A DNA stretch of 64,000 nt, taken from Stegostoma tigrinum. Lineage: Eukaryota. Below the pieces are notes generated by a model. That model worked only from the letters and a program-made list of their open reading frames with translations, ran no database searches and was not told where the DNA came from. A program made the translations under genes and the position numbers. The stretch lies in the NCBI RefSeq assembly GCF_030684315.1, contig NC_081355.1, positions 31,451,141-31,515,140 on the forward strand, read 5' to 3'. The number at the start of each line of letters is the position of its first letter. The stretch's first letter is position 1. Positions 13,113 to 25,816 of the stretch are shown here, piece by piece.

Positions 13113-14408
13113 GTAAAGTAATTTGCTGTGAATTCTTAACTGTACATTAATGCCATATTTTACACTTTTTTATGGTTAAATAAGGCTTCATGACTGATTC
13201 ATAAAGGAAGTACTTGTAACAAATTAGAATAATAAAGGATTTAATGAATATTTTTAAATTTAATTTTGGTTTGCTTGAACCTGTTGAATATTTGACTTTT
13301 TAAATTTTCATTCATGGATGATGGATCTGATTAAAGTTAGGAAAATTTGATTTGGATTTGCATTAATGATTCCTCAGTATTCGTGGAGAACCCTCATTGC
13401 TCCAGTCCGTCAATACTTTCAGTAATTTTGGTGATACTCTTAATAGCCATTGCTATTTAGTTTCTTGTTTCTCTTTTCTTGCCTGTTCTCTTTCTAACGT
13501 TGATAATCAAAAATTCTGGTTATGTGACTGCTTTTTTCAAAGAGGAAACTAGTCAAGCTTGGAGCATGAAATTTACAATAAATTACAAATACCTTTTGAT
13601 TACCTTAAATTGCAGGCTAGCTTTCGCTTGTTTAGAGGCACACTTCAGGTTAGCAGATAAATATCAAACATGTCTGCCACCATAGAGAAATACTCGTGAA
13701 CAACATCATGGGAGATCTAAATGATCAGAAATGTATTGGGCTGTGTTTCTGAAGCAGTACTTCATGTTCTGCATATTGTTACATATGTTTGTGGATCATG
13801 TTTTGAACCAGTCATTTCCTTCTGGGTTCTGTGAAAATCATTCCAACTGTATTTGAGCTTGAAAGGTGGCTTTAAACAGCAATATGACTGTAAATCTTAA
13901 AGCAGCAGAATAACACCTTGTTTGCAAAATGGTATAGTATACCTGTTATTAAAAAACCCTCAGATTAACTGCAAGTGACTGATGTTAATATGTTAAACAC
14001 ATAGACAAATCGCATCTAACCATTTATTTGAAGCATTATCAAAGTAATTTGTTGTTTCAAGTCAAGACTCGGTCAACTTCGATTAGGCTCGTAACTTCAA
14101 ATGCCCCGAAGATTGAAGACTGTTCTTCTTTAGTCCTCTTGTCCATGTAAAACTAGGTACCGTGTCACTTGTTCTACACTTACTATTTTAGATTTCCTAG
14201 GTGCTCTAGAAGTGAAAATTAGAATGCTACAGATTTACAAAGCAGAAGATGGTGAACTGACAAGATCTTTCAGAAAGTCTGTTTTCATTTCAAAACTGAG
14301 GACCGCCTCTCATTGATTCAAAACTGTTAAAGTGGAAGGTGTTGAGATGCCAAGTTAGACAGACAAAGTGTGTGTGAGTGTGTGTGATGCATTGGAGTAA
14401 TCCATCCT

Positions 14409-14424
14409 GGGGGGGGGGGGGGGG
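14409..14424. repeat. G16 homopolymer
   Basis: 16 consecutive G. Confidence 0.9.
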
Positions 14425-15460
14425 AGAAAAAATCACTGGGCAATAATTTGATTAGAATCTAAGATGTTTGTTGAATATTGTAGGAAGAGCTCTTTGTCGC
14501 TGTCATAAAGAAGCTCTTGCACCAATTTCCTCAGCTGTCAAACACAGACAGCAAAGGCTACTGTCTCTGTCAAGGGTGTGCCTCTTGTACAAGTACTGAA
14601 GCACGACATTGCTAACTCAGATTCTGGATGGGAAGTGGGGGTTGAACTGCTGATACATATGTCAACCAATCATCTGTAAGTTAAATAGGATGCCCAAGGA
14701 AGTGATAAGTCACAAGATTGCTTCTGATGGGGGAGAAAAGAGTGACCTTGAATTTATCTGTTTTGAATTGAAAATTGAATAAATGATTGGAAGAATCTTT
14801 TTAAAAAAAAAAGGGTATTTCAATAGACTTTTGAAGGGAAAAGCAACACTTTGGATGGAAAGAAAGCTCTTGAATTGAACCAGTGCTGGCTGCAACTTAA
14901 CATCTCCAAAAAGACACAGAAAACTTAATGAAGTCCCCCTTCAAACCCTCGCCGGGGATCATAAAGGCCAACAGCAAAGAGAGGGCACTACTGTTGGCAG
15001 ATGGACAATAGACCGTCCCTTGGGGTGTGTAGATCATCTTCATCTGTCCTTTTATCTAATCCCTGAATATTAAGCCATTTTGGAGAGATTGCCCATGTTG
15101 GCTACTTAGATCAGCAAAACCCTAATCCCTTCACCCTTCTAATTCAGGATCAGTAAACACACACATCTATGATAAAAACCAAAAGAACTGCAGATGCTGT
15201 AAATCAGGAACAAAAACAAAGTTGCTGGAAAAGCTCAAGCAGCATCTGTGAAAGGAAAAAACCGAGTTAACGTTGAACCTTTTGTAATGTGGGTGGTTGA
15301 TTGGCAAATTCAATCTTGTGGGCTATCTTTTAAAATTAGCTTGTGATTTAAAAACGTAAGCAGTACAAGGTTGTTATAACTACTGCTAAAATTTTTGTAT
15401 ATTCTTTTGAGAAATTAAATTGAGCAATAACTGGTTATTTGCTTCTCTTATATCTTTTAG

Positions 15461-15564
15461 CTGATGCAGTCAATAATGCAGGTGGCTTTGGCTTCAATGG
15501 CCTTGATAAAAATGGGAACATACGATGGGACTTAATCTCAAACCTAAATATCTGGAATATTGAG
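15461..15564 (+). CDS. MBOAT1: MBOAT1-like exon, 104 nt, (A)DAVNNAGGFGFNGLDKNGNIRWDLISNLNIWNIE
   Basis: ttttag| acceptor, |gtgaga donor; ADAVNNA.GFGF.G.DKNGN..WDL.SNLNIW.IE conserved. Confidence 0.95.
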
Positions 15565-15780
15565 GTGAGAATTAATCTCATAAGTACATGTGTAGGTTCT
15601 GAGAAGAAAAAGTGATGCAATCTCTATTGTCATGTCGAGGATCTCAATGAGGTTAAAACCGTACATAAAGGTGATTGTGTGAAAAATAATTGTTGTTAGC
15701 TGAAACAGACAAAGTTGGAGATTTATTTGAATCAATACATTCAAAGTTTCTCGTCTGTCATCTATTTAAATTTGGTTAAC

Positions 15781-16130
15781 AGAATCCCTACAGTGTGGAC
15801 ACAGGCCAGTCAACCCAATAAGTCCACACAGCCCCTCTGAAGAGCATCCCACCCAGACCCATCCCTCTACCCTTTCCCTGTAACCCTGCATTTCCCATGG
15901 CTAACACACCTAATCTACACATCCTCTGAACACTATGGGCAATTTAGCATAGCCAGTCCCCCTCGCCTGCCCATCTTAGGACTGTGGAAGGAAACCGGAG
16001 CACCCAGAGGAAATCCACGCAGACGCTGGGAGAATGTGCACAATTGACACATTCGCCCGAGGGTGGAATTGAACCCTGGTCATTGGCACTGTGAGGCAGT
16101 AGTGCTAACCACTGAGCTACCATACAGCCC
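15781..16130 (-). mobile_element. V-SINE (HE1-like), full length
   Basis: Reverse complement of the 9366 element including A/B boxes. Confidence 0.85.
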
Positions 16131-18624
16131 AATATACCTTGGTTTGTGCTGAATTCACAGTGCTAAAGTTACAGTTGAGCATTTTAAAACAGTAAAGAAG
16201 ATTAATTGAAAGACCATATTTTATATTGTAGAACTTTATGACTGCAATCATTCAGTTCAACTTGATTGCTTTTCGATTGCACAAGAGTTAACGAAGCATG
16301 AGTTTTCCTTTAAGCAGGCTGCTTGTTTATTGTCAGTGTTGTATCACGCAATGTCTTTCTAATGCATTTAATTTGTTGGACCAAATTACTGCTAGGGAAA
16401 TAATTGAATGTTTGACAAATACAAGATTTAAGTGACTTGGTGCTGCTCCGGGCTAGCTCAATCAGTTGATGTTGTGGAAAGAAATATGGATTGCCCTGCT
16501 GGTGCTGGTTATTAAATCATGCAAAGGAAGTCCGTGTTTCCATGGCAGATTAATAAACTAGAAACCTCAAATTTGTAGTACTTGAAACAAAGGTATAAAA
16601 GGAAATTTTCACAATTTTAACACAATATGTGACTTATTTGAAACTACACCAGTAATTTAGAGTATAAAGGACTTTTAAAGGAAATCAGTTCATAGAGCTT
16701 CAATAATAAATTTGCTATTATTTTTGTCTTGAAGTTAGTGAAAATCGGAAGAACATTTTCCAGTCATTAACACCAGATAGTATGAATACTATACTATTGC
16801 TGTTCAAATAATACTAAATTATTAGTATTCTGTTTAACATCACAAATACATGTTTCAGAAACAATTTCTAACATCATAATCAATAAAATATTGTCTTTTA
16901 AATAAAAACTTATTTTTCTCCGATTATCTGGTCAGAAATCGGAATCTTACATTTAAGTATGTTTAGCTATGGGAATAATTTGAAACCCCAGCTGCTGTTC
17001 ACCTTTCCCATATTCAGCCCCCTGAAGAATCTGGTAGTGTGCTCCTGCTCCGGCTGTCATGCTTTTTCTTCGGCAATGCCAATAGAGCAATTCTCGTCGA
17101 GTTGAGAGAGATGGGGCAATGCAAAATATACTATCATATTTAGTAACTGTCTAATTATTGGGTGAAAGGACAATAATACAGATAAATTTACATGTTATAA
17201 CAAAAAACTTGTTTGCTGGTCATTATTTATAAATGAAGCACATATTCTGAAGTTGAGATAATAGGATTTTGGTCATCCATTTTGGATGGGAGATGCATAT
17301 CTGTTAAAAGTTCAGCCTCTAGACTATTTGTACTTATTCTTAATTGTTCTAATATAGGAGCAGGAGGCCATTTAGTCCCTAGGGCCTGCTTTGCCAGCTG
17401 ATAAGATTATGGCACATCTGATTGGATCTTAACTCCACTTTCCTGTCGGTTTCCCCCCCCACCCCACTATAGCTCTTCACTCACTTGCTAATCAAAATTA
17501 GCCTAACTCTGCCTAGAACGTATTCAGCAATTTTTATCTTTCGCTGCCCTGTGGGGGAAAGGATTTCCACATACTTGCAAATCTCTAAAGGAAAGATTCC
17601 TTCTCATTTCTGTCGTAAATGGGAGACCCCTGTTAAACTGTCTGTGGTGTAGATTCCCAAGGAGGGGAATCATCATTTCAGCATCTACCCAGTCACACCT
17701 CTGAATATTTTATCTTTCGTTTAAGATTCTCTCTCATTCTGTTGTCAGGGAAAAGAAAATTATTATCCATTTGTCATTACCAGCAGATGGTTCAATGATA
17801 GGAATACAGATCTGTTCAAGGTAGAAAGATCTGAAGCCTTTTTGTTTATTGCCAGAAATTGAGAGAGAGATACCACATTTTGGTGCCGTCAACATGTAAT
17901 AACGTTTGCTGACTCTTTTTTATAGTCTGAGTTGCACCTCAAAGCCTGTGATTTCCTGTCCATTCTTAGTCTTTGCCAGGTTCATGCACAAGGCTTTTGA
18001 TATTGACTTTTACTACTGTCAGACTGTCCCCTAAATTTTTGGTGCACCTTACAATCACTTACTAGATCTTTGTCAAGGGAAGAAATAAAGATTATGTTCT
18101 TCCAAAGTCTTTTGAAATTTGTGGTCAGGATGTTATTATGGGTTGATAAATGAGGGGAGAAAAAGCAGCATGGAAAATATCTTGTGCTTAGAGAGAGGGC
18201 AGTGGTATCTTGGAACTTCAAATACAAGGGGGAAGGACAAACTCTGGGATGCTTACAAATGAATTTGGTTTGAAATTTTAGTGCAGGCGAACCCCATTAA
18301 AAATGTACATAGAGTTTAAATCCTCTTTGCTTAAAATGCAAAGGATGAGGGACAGACTGGAAAATGTGACTTTTAATGGACATTGAAACTATTTGCTTGT
18401 GACCGCTGGAATTGGTTGTTCCCTGTTACCTCAGCAACTCCAAATTGTTGTTTTGCTTGTGGAATTAATATCATTTGCAGAATTCTGTTCACATTTTGAT
18501 CTTCTCTGAACAGAAGGTATGTGTTTTTAAAAATACTGTCCAAAAAATATCAAATAATCAGGAATACAAGTCAGCTGTTCTGCCCTTCAGGTCTGCTCTG
18601 TATGGGTCCATGATGTTTATACTT

Positions 18625-18927
18625 TTATTCATGGGATCTTGGCTGAAAGGGTAGTTAAGAGTCAACCACATTGTAGTGGGTCTGAAGTCTCAAGTAGGCC
18701 AGACCAGGTAAGGATGACAAATTTCCTTCCTTGAAGGGCATTCATGAACCAGATGAATTTTTCCTAACAATCAGCAATGATTCCATTGTCATCGTTAGAT
18801 TCATTTCCAGATTATTATTGAATTGAAAATCTACTTCTTCCATGGCAGGATTTCAACCCAGATCCCCAGAACATTACATGGGTTTCTGGATTTTTAGTCT
18901 AGCAATAATACAACTAGGCCATTGCCT
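18625..18927 (-). mobile_element. Second shark tRNA-SINE family, near full length
   Basis: Reverse complement of 37127-37276 plus 38075-38286. Confidence 0.7.
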
Positions 18928-19009
18928 GCTGTAAGACTGATCTTACTGTGGCCTTAATTCTATTTTCTTGCCTGTCCCTATAATCCTTGACTTATTTATT
19001 GATCTTGGT

Positions 19010-19470
19010 ACAGAGAAAATAAGAACAGGGTTAGGCCATTCAGCCTGATCCACCATTCAGTATGATCACAGCTGATCATCCAATGCAGTACCCTGTTTGT
19101 GCTTTAATTCTATACCCTTTGATTCATTTGGTCACCAAATATACACCTGTCTCCTCTTGAAAACATTGAATGTTTTGGCCTCAGCCTCTTTCTACCGAGG
19201 AAAGTTTTCCAGACTAACCACTTTCTGGATGAAGAAATCTCTCCTCAACTCTGTCCTAAAACGCCTTTTATCCTTCTACTGTAGCCCCTGGTGCTTGACT
19301 CCCTGGGCCTCGAGAACATCCTCCTTGAATTTACTCTATATGTAATCCGGTTCGGATTTTATGGGTTTCATTCTTTTAAACTCCAGTGAATGTAGTTCTG
19401 ATAGATCCAGTATCTCCCTCCAGTATGTCAGTCCTGCCACCCCAGGAATCAATCTAGTAAACCTTCCTTA
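19010..19470 (-). mobile_element. CR1-like LINE 3' fragment
   Basis: ggccattcagcctg..., accactttctggatgaagaaatctctcctc: typical CR1 3' end, decayed. Confidence 0.6.
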
Positions 19471-19660
19471 CAAAAATATCTAACTGAGCCTTATGTTTTT
19501 TGAATGATTCATCCATCAGAGCTTTTGGAGAGAAAATTCAAAAGACAAATGTCTCTCAGAAGAAATTTCTCTTTCTTTTGGTTTTATATGGGAGAGTTCT
19601 TTATTTTTAAACTGTATTCCCTTGTCCTAGATTCCGTCATAGAACACATTCAATGCAATT

Positions 19661-19806
19661 GTCAGAAGTCACGCAAACCAGGTTATAATCCAACAGGTTT
19701 ATTTAAAATCACAAACTCTGAGTTTGTGATCTTAAAATAGACCTGTTGGATTATAACTTGGTGTTTGACTTCCGACTTTGTCCACCCCAGTCCAGCATTG
19801 GCATCT
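19661..19806. repeat. ~58-bp inverted repeat with 1-nt centre plus ~30-nt one-sided extension (probable third PLE-like family)
   Basis: gtcagaagtca...ccaggttataatccaacaggtttatttaaaatcacaaactc-t-gagtttgtgatcttaaaatagacctgttggattataacttgg...tgacttccgac, then tttgtccaccccagtccagcattggcatc. Confidence 0.7.
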
Positions 19807-20094
19807 TTTTATCAAAGACCTCCAGTGTCAGCTGTCCTAAACTAGATTCTCAGGAACCTATTAGAAAATCTGCTGCTATGATACGTGCTGAGATTTCATT
19901 TTAATCTTCAAAAATTAATTGTACCATCTGAACAAAAGACATGAAGATATTTATAGAATAAACTAAACTCTGTACTAAAAACACATTCAAAGATTTTAAA
20001 CACAAAGTATTATCCCATTAATCTCAAAACACACTCTTCAATTCCTAAAAGAACAAAATAAGCTTTTGCATTGTTCTAAAAACACACCCATTAG

Positions 20095-20700
20095 GTGTAG
20101 GAACAGAATACTCTTTTTCAGCCCCTTGATTCTACTCGTCCATTCAGTAAGTTCATGGCTGATCGATAATCTTTAAATCTAATTTCTTGTTTTTCTCCCC
20201 TTAACCCTTGATTCTCTTTATTGAAATCTCATTATCCCAGCCCCGAATGTACTTAACACCACTGATTCAATGGCTCACTGTGGTAAAGAATTCCACAGAT
20301 TCACTTACCCTCTGAGAAAAAACAAAATCCTTCTCTTCTGTTCTAATTGGGCAACCCCTTGCTCTGCCATTAAGTTCTCATGTCCTAGATTCTCCCATAA
20401 CAGGAGGCAACTTCTCTGCATCCACCCTGTCAAGTCCCCTAAGAATCTTTTTGTTTCACCAAGATCTCCTCTTATTCTTTTAAATTCCAGTGAGTTCAGG
20501 CTCAACGTATTCAAACTCTCCTCGCAAGACAATCCTTCCATACCCAGGATCAACTGAATGAACCTTTTCAAGACTGCCTTCAGTGCCCATGTATCTTTAC
20601 TTGGATAAAGGGACAAAAACTAGACAGTATTCCAGCTCTGAAGAGCAGTGACTTGTATAGCTTTAGCAAGATTTCTGTATGTTTGCCCTCATTTCCCTTT
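20095..20700 (-). mobile_element. CR1-like LINE ORF2 3' fragment
   Basis: ORF track: RFIQLILGMEGLSCEESLNTLSLNSLEFKRIRGDL; ILLKLYKSLL. Confidence 0.75.
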
Positions 20701-21640
20701 TGAAAGGAAAAGTTAGTTAGTCCATTAGCCCATGAAGTCCCAAACTGCAACACGCTGCTAACAGTACCCAAAAACTCCATCCATACAGTACTCTTACAGA
20801 ATTGCTGTCCTTAACATCTCAGTGGGTTTTAGTCGTTTGTGTCTGGAACTACAGATAATAATTCAAAAAAGAAACTATATTCTTGAACCTAATTGTACCC
20901 AGCTTTAAGTAATGTCTTCAGGGTTTTATCCCAACTCTTCTGGTCTTGATCTAATACTGACTCTGTCTTAGGTAATTTAGTTTCGCGATAGTATTTCCCC
21001 AGGAAGGAAAGGATATCTTCATCCAAGGACTTCACAGGACTTCCCAAAATTCTAAATAACATTTCTTTTAGAAAATCCCTCCAGCTATGAGTGTTTCCCT
21101 CTAAGCTTCGTCAGTAACTTCCCTTGATTACTAAACTCAAGTTTGTTTATATTACTAGGTAGTAAACGCCTACCATTGTACACAAAACCCTAATTCCAAA
21201 TCCATGCCTTAAAACCTGCTTTAAAAGAAATCACTTTTTAGCTACTGATGTATTTACAAATTGATTATTAACTTAAGATGCATAAAAAAATCTTTGACTA
21301 ATCCAGCACCAAAACTTGCAGTAAATGATGTGTGTAAAGTATAAATCGCATAGTTTACATCATACCATTATAATAAAAGCAAAAAGCAATGGATGCTAGA
21401 AATATGAAATAAAAACAGTGCTGGAGAAATTCAGCAGGTCTTGCAGCATCTGTGAAGTGAGAAATAGTGTTAATGTTTCATGTTCAGTGTGTTGACTTTT
21501 TTTAGGAAGTTCTGGAAATACTGAATATATACTTTAAAATTGTTTATCTGAAGAGTCTTTCAGTCTAGTTTTTTCTTAAAAACTGTAAGAAACCTCCTCC
21601 TTTGAATTCAATGACTGCTTTTTATATGTTTCAATACCAG

Positions 21641-21705
21641 ACTGCTACAAGTTTTAAAATGTGCCTTGACAGTTGGAACATTCAAACTGGAGCTTGGCTA
21701 AAGGG
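21641..21705 (+). CDS. MBOAT1: MBOAT1-like exon, 65 nt, TATSFKMCLDSWNIQTGAWLK(G)
   Basis: ccag| acceptor, |gtaagc donor; WNIQT contains the conserved MBOAT Asn. Confidence 0.95.
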
Positions 21706-22764
21706 GTAAGCTAAATCGCTGTCATGTCCACACCAGTGGTCTTGTACAAAATTCAATACAAATAGTGCAAGATTTGTGTTGACCAAAATTCTGCGTAACT
21801 CATTTCAAAGTAACATTTCAGTTAATTCCATTGGTCTTTGTTCATTTGCATTATTGTGTATGTTACAAACTGTCATTCTACACATGCTGGCCTAGCAGAG
21901 ACACAGGTTAGGAAGTTGATGAATAACCCTTATCACTGAGCAAGCAGTCACTACCTGGTTTGACATGCTGGCTCAAACTAAACAGTGCATTGTTGCTGCT
22001 TTTGTTCTGCATGGCTGCTGCTGGGTTACAGGACATACACCTCTACAGTAAGCCAAACGTGGATGTGCACGTTCGGAGATTAGAACCTATCCCGGCACAC
22101 CTCAACATCTAGATGTAGCGCTTGCTGGGTCAAGTGTAGCCAGTCATTGATGTCCTGTGCCGTAGTGAAGTGAATAATTCTGGCAAAGCCACGTGTACAA
22201 TCCACTTGCATGTCCTTAGTCAGAGAGAAGTTAGTGTATACTCCTATCCGGGCAGTGTTAGTCAACTTATTTAATCAGCAGTGGTTGGCACAGTAAACTG
22301 GGAGATGTTACAGAACTCATTGGCTTCAAACTGAAATGATCCCTGTGCAACTAAATTTATAGCTAGTTATCTTTACAGCCATTGCCAGCACTGATCTTGC
22401 CTGTCCAGAGGCTGCAAATCTGCCTGCAAGCAGTTGCTGAATTCTGTGAGCACCTCCTTTGTAAACTGGAGAGGATGCACACACAGACATACCCTTTAAA
22501 AGGTTAGAACAGCCTAAGGTAGGTCTTTATGTGCCAAATGTAGGTACATTTTGAGTGCATTTATCAATATTCTACAGACAACACGTTTCAGTAGATTCAG
22601 CGAAGCTGTCCATCCAGTTAGAAAATGGAACACTAAATATGAAATAGTTATTTAGTGAAACAGTATTCGCAATGAATATGAGACAAACATGTTATCTGGT
22701 CATTACGTTTCACTTGCCATTGGTGGGGCTCAGCTTTAGTTTATAATTTTATTGCCAAGATTTA

Positions 22765-22990
22765 CAGCACAGTGGTTGTGTCCCTACCTCTGAAGCAGGA
22801 AGGCCAGTCACACCCACTCGAAAGGTGTGTCGTAACATCTCTGAACAGCTTGCAAACAAAATACTCACACTGCATCTCAAGAGCTTTTGTGCTTATGTAG
22901 TATCCCCACCTCTGAGCCAGATGGCCTGGGTTCAGCTCTCACTTCTCTAGATGGAAGTCATAACATTTCCGAACAAGTTTATTTAAAAAG
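22765..22990 (+). mobile_element. Two adjacent copies of a short (~110 bp) tRNA-like SINE
   Basis: tccctacctctgaagcaggaaggcc...taacatctctgaacag and tccccacctctgagccagatggcctgggttca...taacatttccgaacaag; third copy reversed at 55430-55525. Confidence 0.55.
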
Positions 22991-23288
22991 AAAACATTCC
23001 TACATTTACTGCGTTTTTGTTGTGACACATCTGAGTTGTCTTGATGAAATTTTAGAAAAAGACCTTTTCAACGTTGTTTTACTCATTCTACTTATTAGTA
23101 GCATAAGCTGTATGACTTCAAATCAGTAATGTGCATCTTTACCTGTTTATTGATAAAATTTTGGGTTAATTTAATCATACTTGTTCCATTAGGAAATTAA
23201 AGTACTAATTCTTAGTGAAGTATGATTACATAAACTGAAATGCAAGAGTCTAATTTTTTGACCCTTTGTCCCTTTCTGATTTTCTCAG

Positions 23289-23421
23289 TGTCTGCTATGA
23301 TCGAGCACCTTACTTCCCCACAGCTCTAACCTTCATCCTTTCAGCCTTGTGGCATGGCGTATACCCTGGCTATTACTTCACTTTCACAACTGCAATCCTT
23401 ATTACTCTGGCAGCAAGAACA
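23289..23421 (+). CDS. MBOAT1: MBOAT1-like exon, 133 nt, VCYDRAPYFPTALTFILSALWHGVYPGYYFTFTTAILITLAART (catalytic His)
   Basis: tttctcag| acceptor, |gtaagt donor; SALWHGVYPGYY motif. Confidence 0.97.
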
Positions 23422-24569
23422 GTAAGTACCCATTATCCATCTGCATGTGATTGTGAACTACCAGGAAGCTTTGGAATATTTCTGAAGAGCAGTTAAGAAA
23501 CAATGGAGTTCCAATTATACATTGATACCATTGTTAAGTTGGTGCTTATCCAGTATTGACTTTCCTTAACAGTGGTGTTTATTCTAGAAGTATGGCCCTG
23601 GAGCTAATCTTTGCTTGCATTATAAGCACCTTATATATAGGGATACACATCAGAAGCATACACCTCCTGACCCAACAACCACACTTCTAGTTTGCTTATA
23701 AGTGCACAAGTGAGTTATGCCCATCACATGCAAAATTGAAAGCAACTGATTTCTATCAACAGCTTACGAGCAGCATTTTTTATATTAATCTTGACTAATA
23801 GCATCCCTTGACATACCTGTAAAAAGATTTTGATAAAGAATTTCAGATGGGCTAAATGGAATAGATATACAAAAATTATGTTGTGAGTAGATTTCATTTC
23901 ACCAATTCTATTCCCTTCAATGAACAGCAATCATGCCATGGTGGTAGAAATATAACTGCTATGTTCGTTTTCTTTTTATTCACTCGTGGGATGTTGGCAT
24001 TGATGGCTGTGTAAGCACTTACTGCTCATCCCTAATTGCTCTTGAGAAGGTGATGCTGAGCTGCCGCCTTTAACTGCTTCAGTCCATATACTGTAGGTAG
24101 ATCCACAATGCCATTAGAGAGGAAATTCCAGGATTTTAATCTAGCGATACTGAAAAACGGTGATGTATCTGCTGCCCTCATCCTTGTTCGTGGTTGGGAA
24201 GTTGCTGTCTTAGAATCTTTAGTGAATTCCTGCACTGCGTATTGTAGATGGTGCACGCTGCTACTGAGTGGTGGTGGAGGTGGGAGTGGGTGTTTGTGGA
24301 TGTACTGCCATTCAAGTGGGTTCCATTGTCCTAGATGCTGTCGAGCTTTTTGAATGTTGTTGGAGCTGTAGTCATCCAGGCAAGTAGGAAGTATTCCACC
24401 ACACTTCTGACTTGTGCCTTCTAGATGAAGACAACCTTTTGAGGGGATAGGAAGTGAATTACTTGCAATATTTGTAGACTCTGCCCTGCTCTTGTAACCA
24501 TTGTTTATATGGTGAGTCCAGTTTCTTACTTGTCAGTTTTTAGCCCAGGCCTGGATATTATCCAGGTCT

Positions 24570-25816
24570 GAGATAATGGAAACTGCAGATGCTGGAGAAT
24601 CCAAGATAATTAAAGTGTGAAGCTGGATGAACACAGCAGGCCCAGCAGCATCTCAGGAGCACAAAAGCTGACGTTTCGGGCCTAGACCCTTCATCAGAGA
24701 ATGGGATGGGGAGAGGGAATTGGAATGTAATAGGGAGAGATGGGGAGGCGGACCGAAGATGGAGAGAAAAGAAGATAGGTAGGGAGGGGATAGGTCAGTC
24801 CAGGGAAGATGGACAGATCAAGGAGGCGGGATGAGGTGGTAGGTAGGAAATGGAGGTGCGGCTTGAGGTGGGAGGAAGGGATGGTTGAGAGGAAGAACAG
24901 GTTAGGGAGGCAGAGACAGGCTGGGCTGGTTTTGGGATGCAGTGGGGGAAGGGGAGATTTTGAAGCTGGTGAAGTCCACATTGATACCATTGAGCTGCAG
25001 GGTTCCCAAGCGGAGTATGAGTTGCTGTTCCTGCAACCTTCGGGTGGCATCATTGTGGCACTGCAGGAGACTGTGATGGACATGTCACCTAAAGAATGGG
25101 AAGGGGAGTTGAAATGGTGCACGACTGGGAGGTGCAGTTGTTTATTGCGAACCGAGCGGAGGCTTGGGGACCGCTTTGCAGAACACCTCTGCTCGGTTCG
25201 CAATAAACAACTGCACCTCCCAGTCGTGCACCATTTCAACTCCCCTTCCCATTCTTTAGGTGACATGTCCATCGTGGGCCTCCTGCAGTGCCACAATGAT
25301 GCCACCCGAAGGTTGCAGGAATAGCAACTCATATTCCGCTTGGGAATCCTGCAGCCCAATGGTATCAATGTTGACTTCACCCGCTTCAAAATCTCCCCTT
25401 ACCCCAGTGCATCCCAAAACCAGCCCAGTTCATCCCCTCCCCCACTGCATCCCAAAACCAGCCCAGCCTGTCTCTGCCTCTCTAACCTGTTCTTCCTCTC
25501 ACCCATCCCTTCCTCCCACCCTAAGCCGCACCTCCATTTCCTACCTACTAACCTCATCCCACCTCCTTGACCTGTCCGTCTTCCCTGGACTGGACTGACC
25601 TATCCTCTCCCTACCTCCCCACCTATACTCTCCTCTCCACCTATCCTCTTTTCTCTCCATCTTTGGTCCACCTCTCTCTCTCTCTTCGCCCCTTTATCCC
25701 AGAACCCTCCCCCCATCCCCCTCTCTGATGAAGGGTCTAGGCCCGAAACGTCAGCTTTTGTGCTCCTGAGATGCTGCTTGGCCTGCTGTGTTCATCCAGC
25801 TTCACACTTTATTATC
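24570..25816. mobile_element. Inverted, doubly 5'-truncated PLE insertion (1247 bp)
   Basis: Antisense arm 24570-25162, sense arm 25155-25816; TSD tattatccaggtct at 24556-24569 and 25817-25830; GIY-YIG remnant RRLGDRFAEHL. Confidence 0.92.
25725..25752 (+). ncRNA. Minimal hammerhead ribozyme motif
   Basis: CTGATGA-a-gggt(ctag)gccc-GAAAC-GTC. Confidence 0.7.

Noticed and set aside
24694-25389. 231-aa and 171-aa ORFs as genes
   Set aside because: They read through the inversion junction of a decayed PLE
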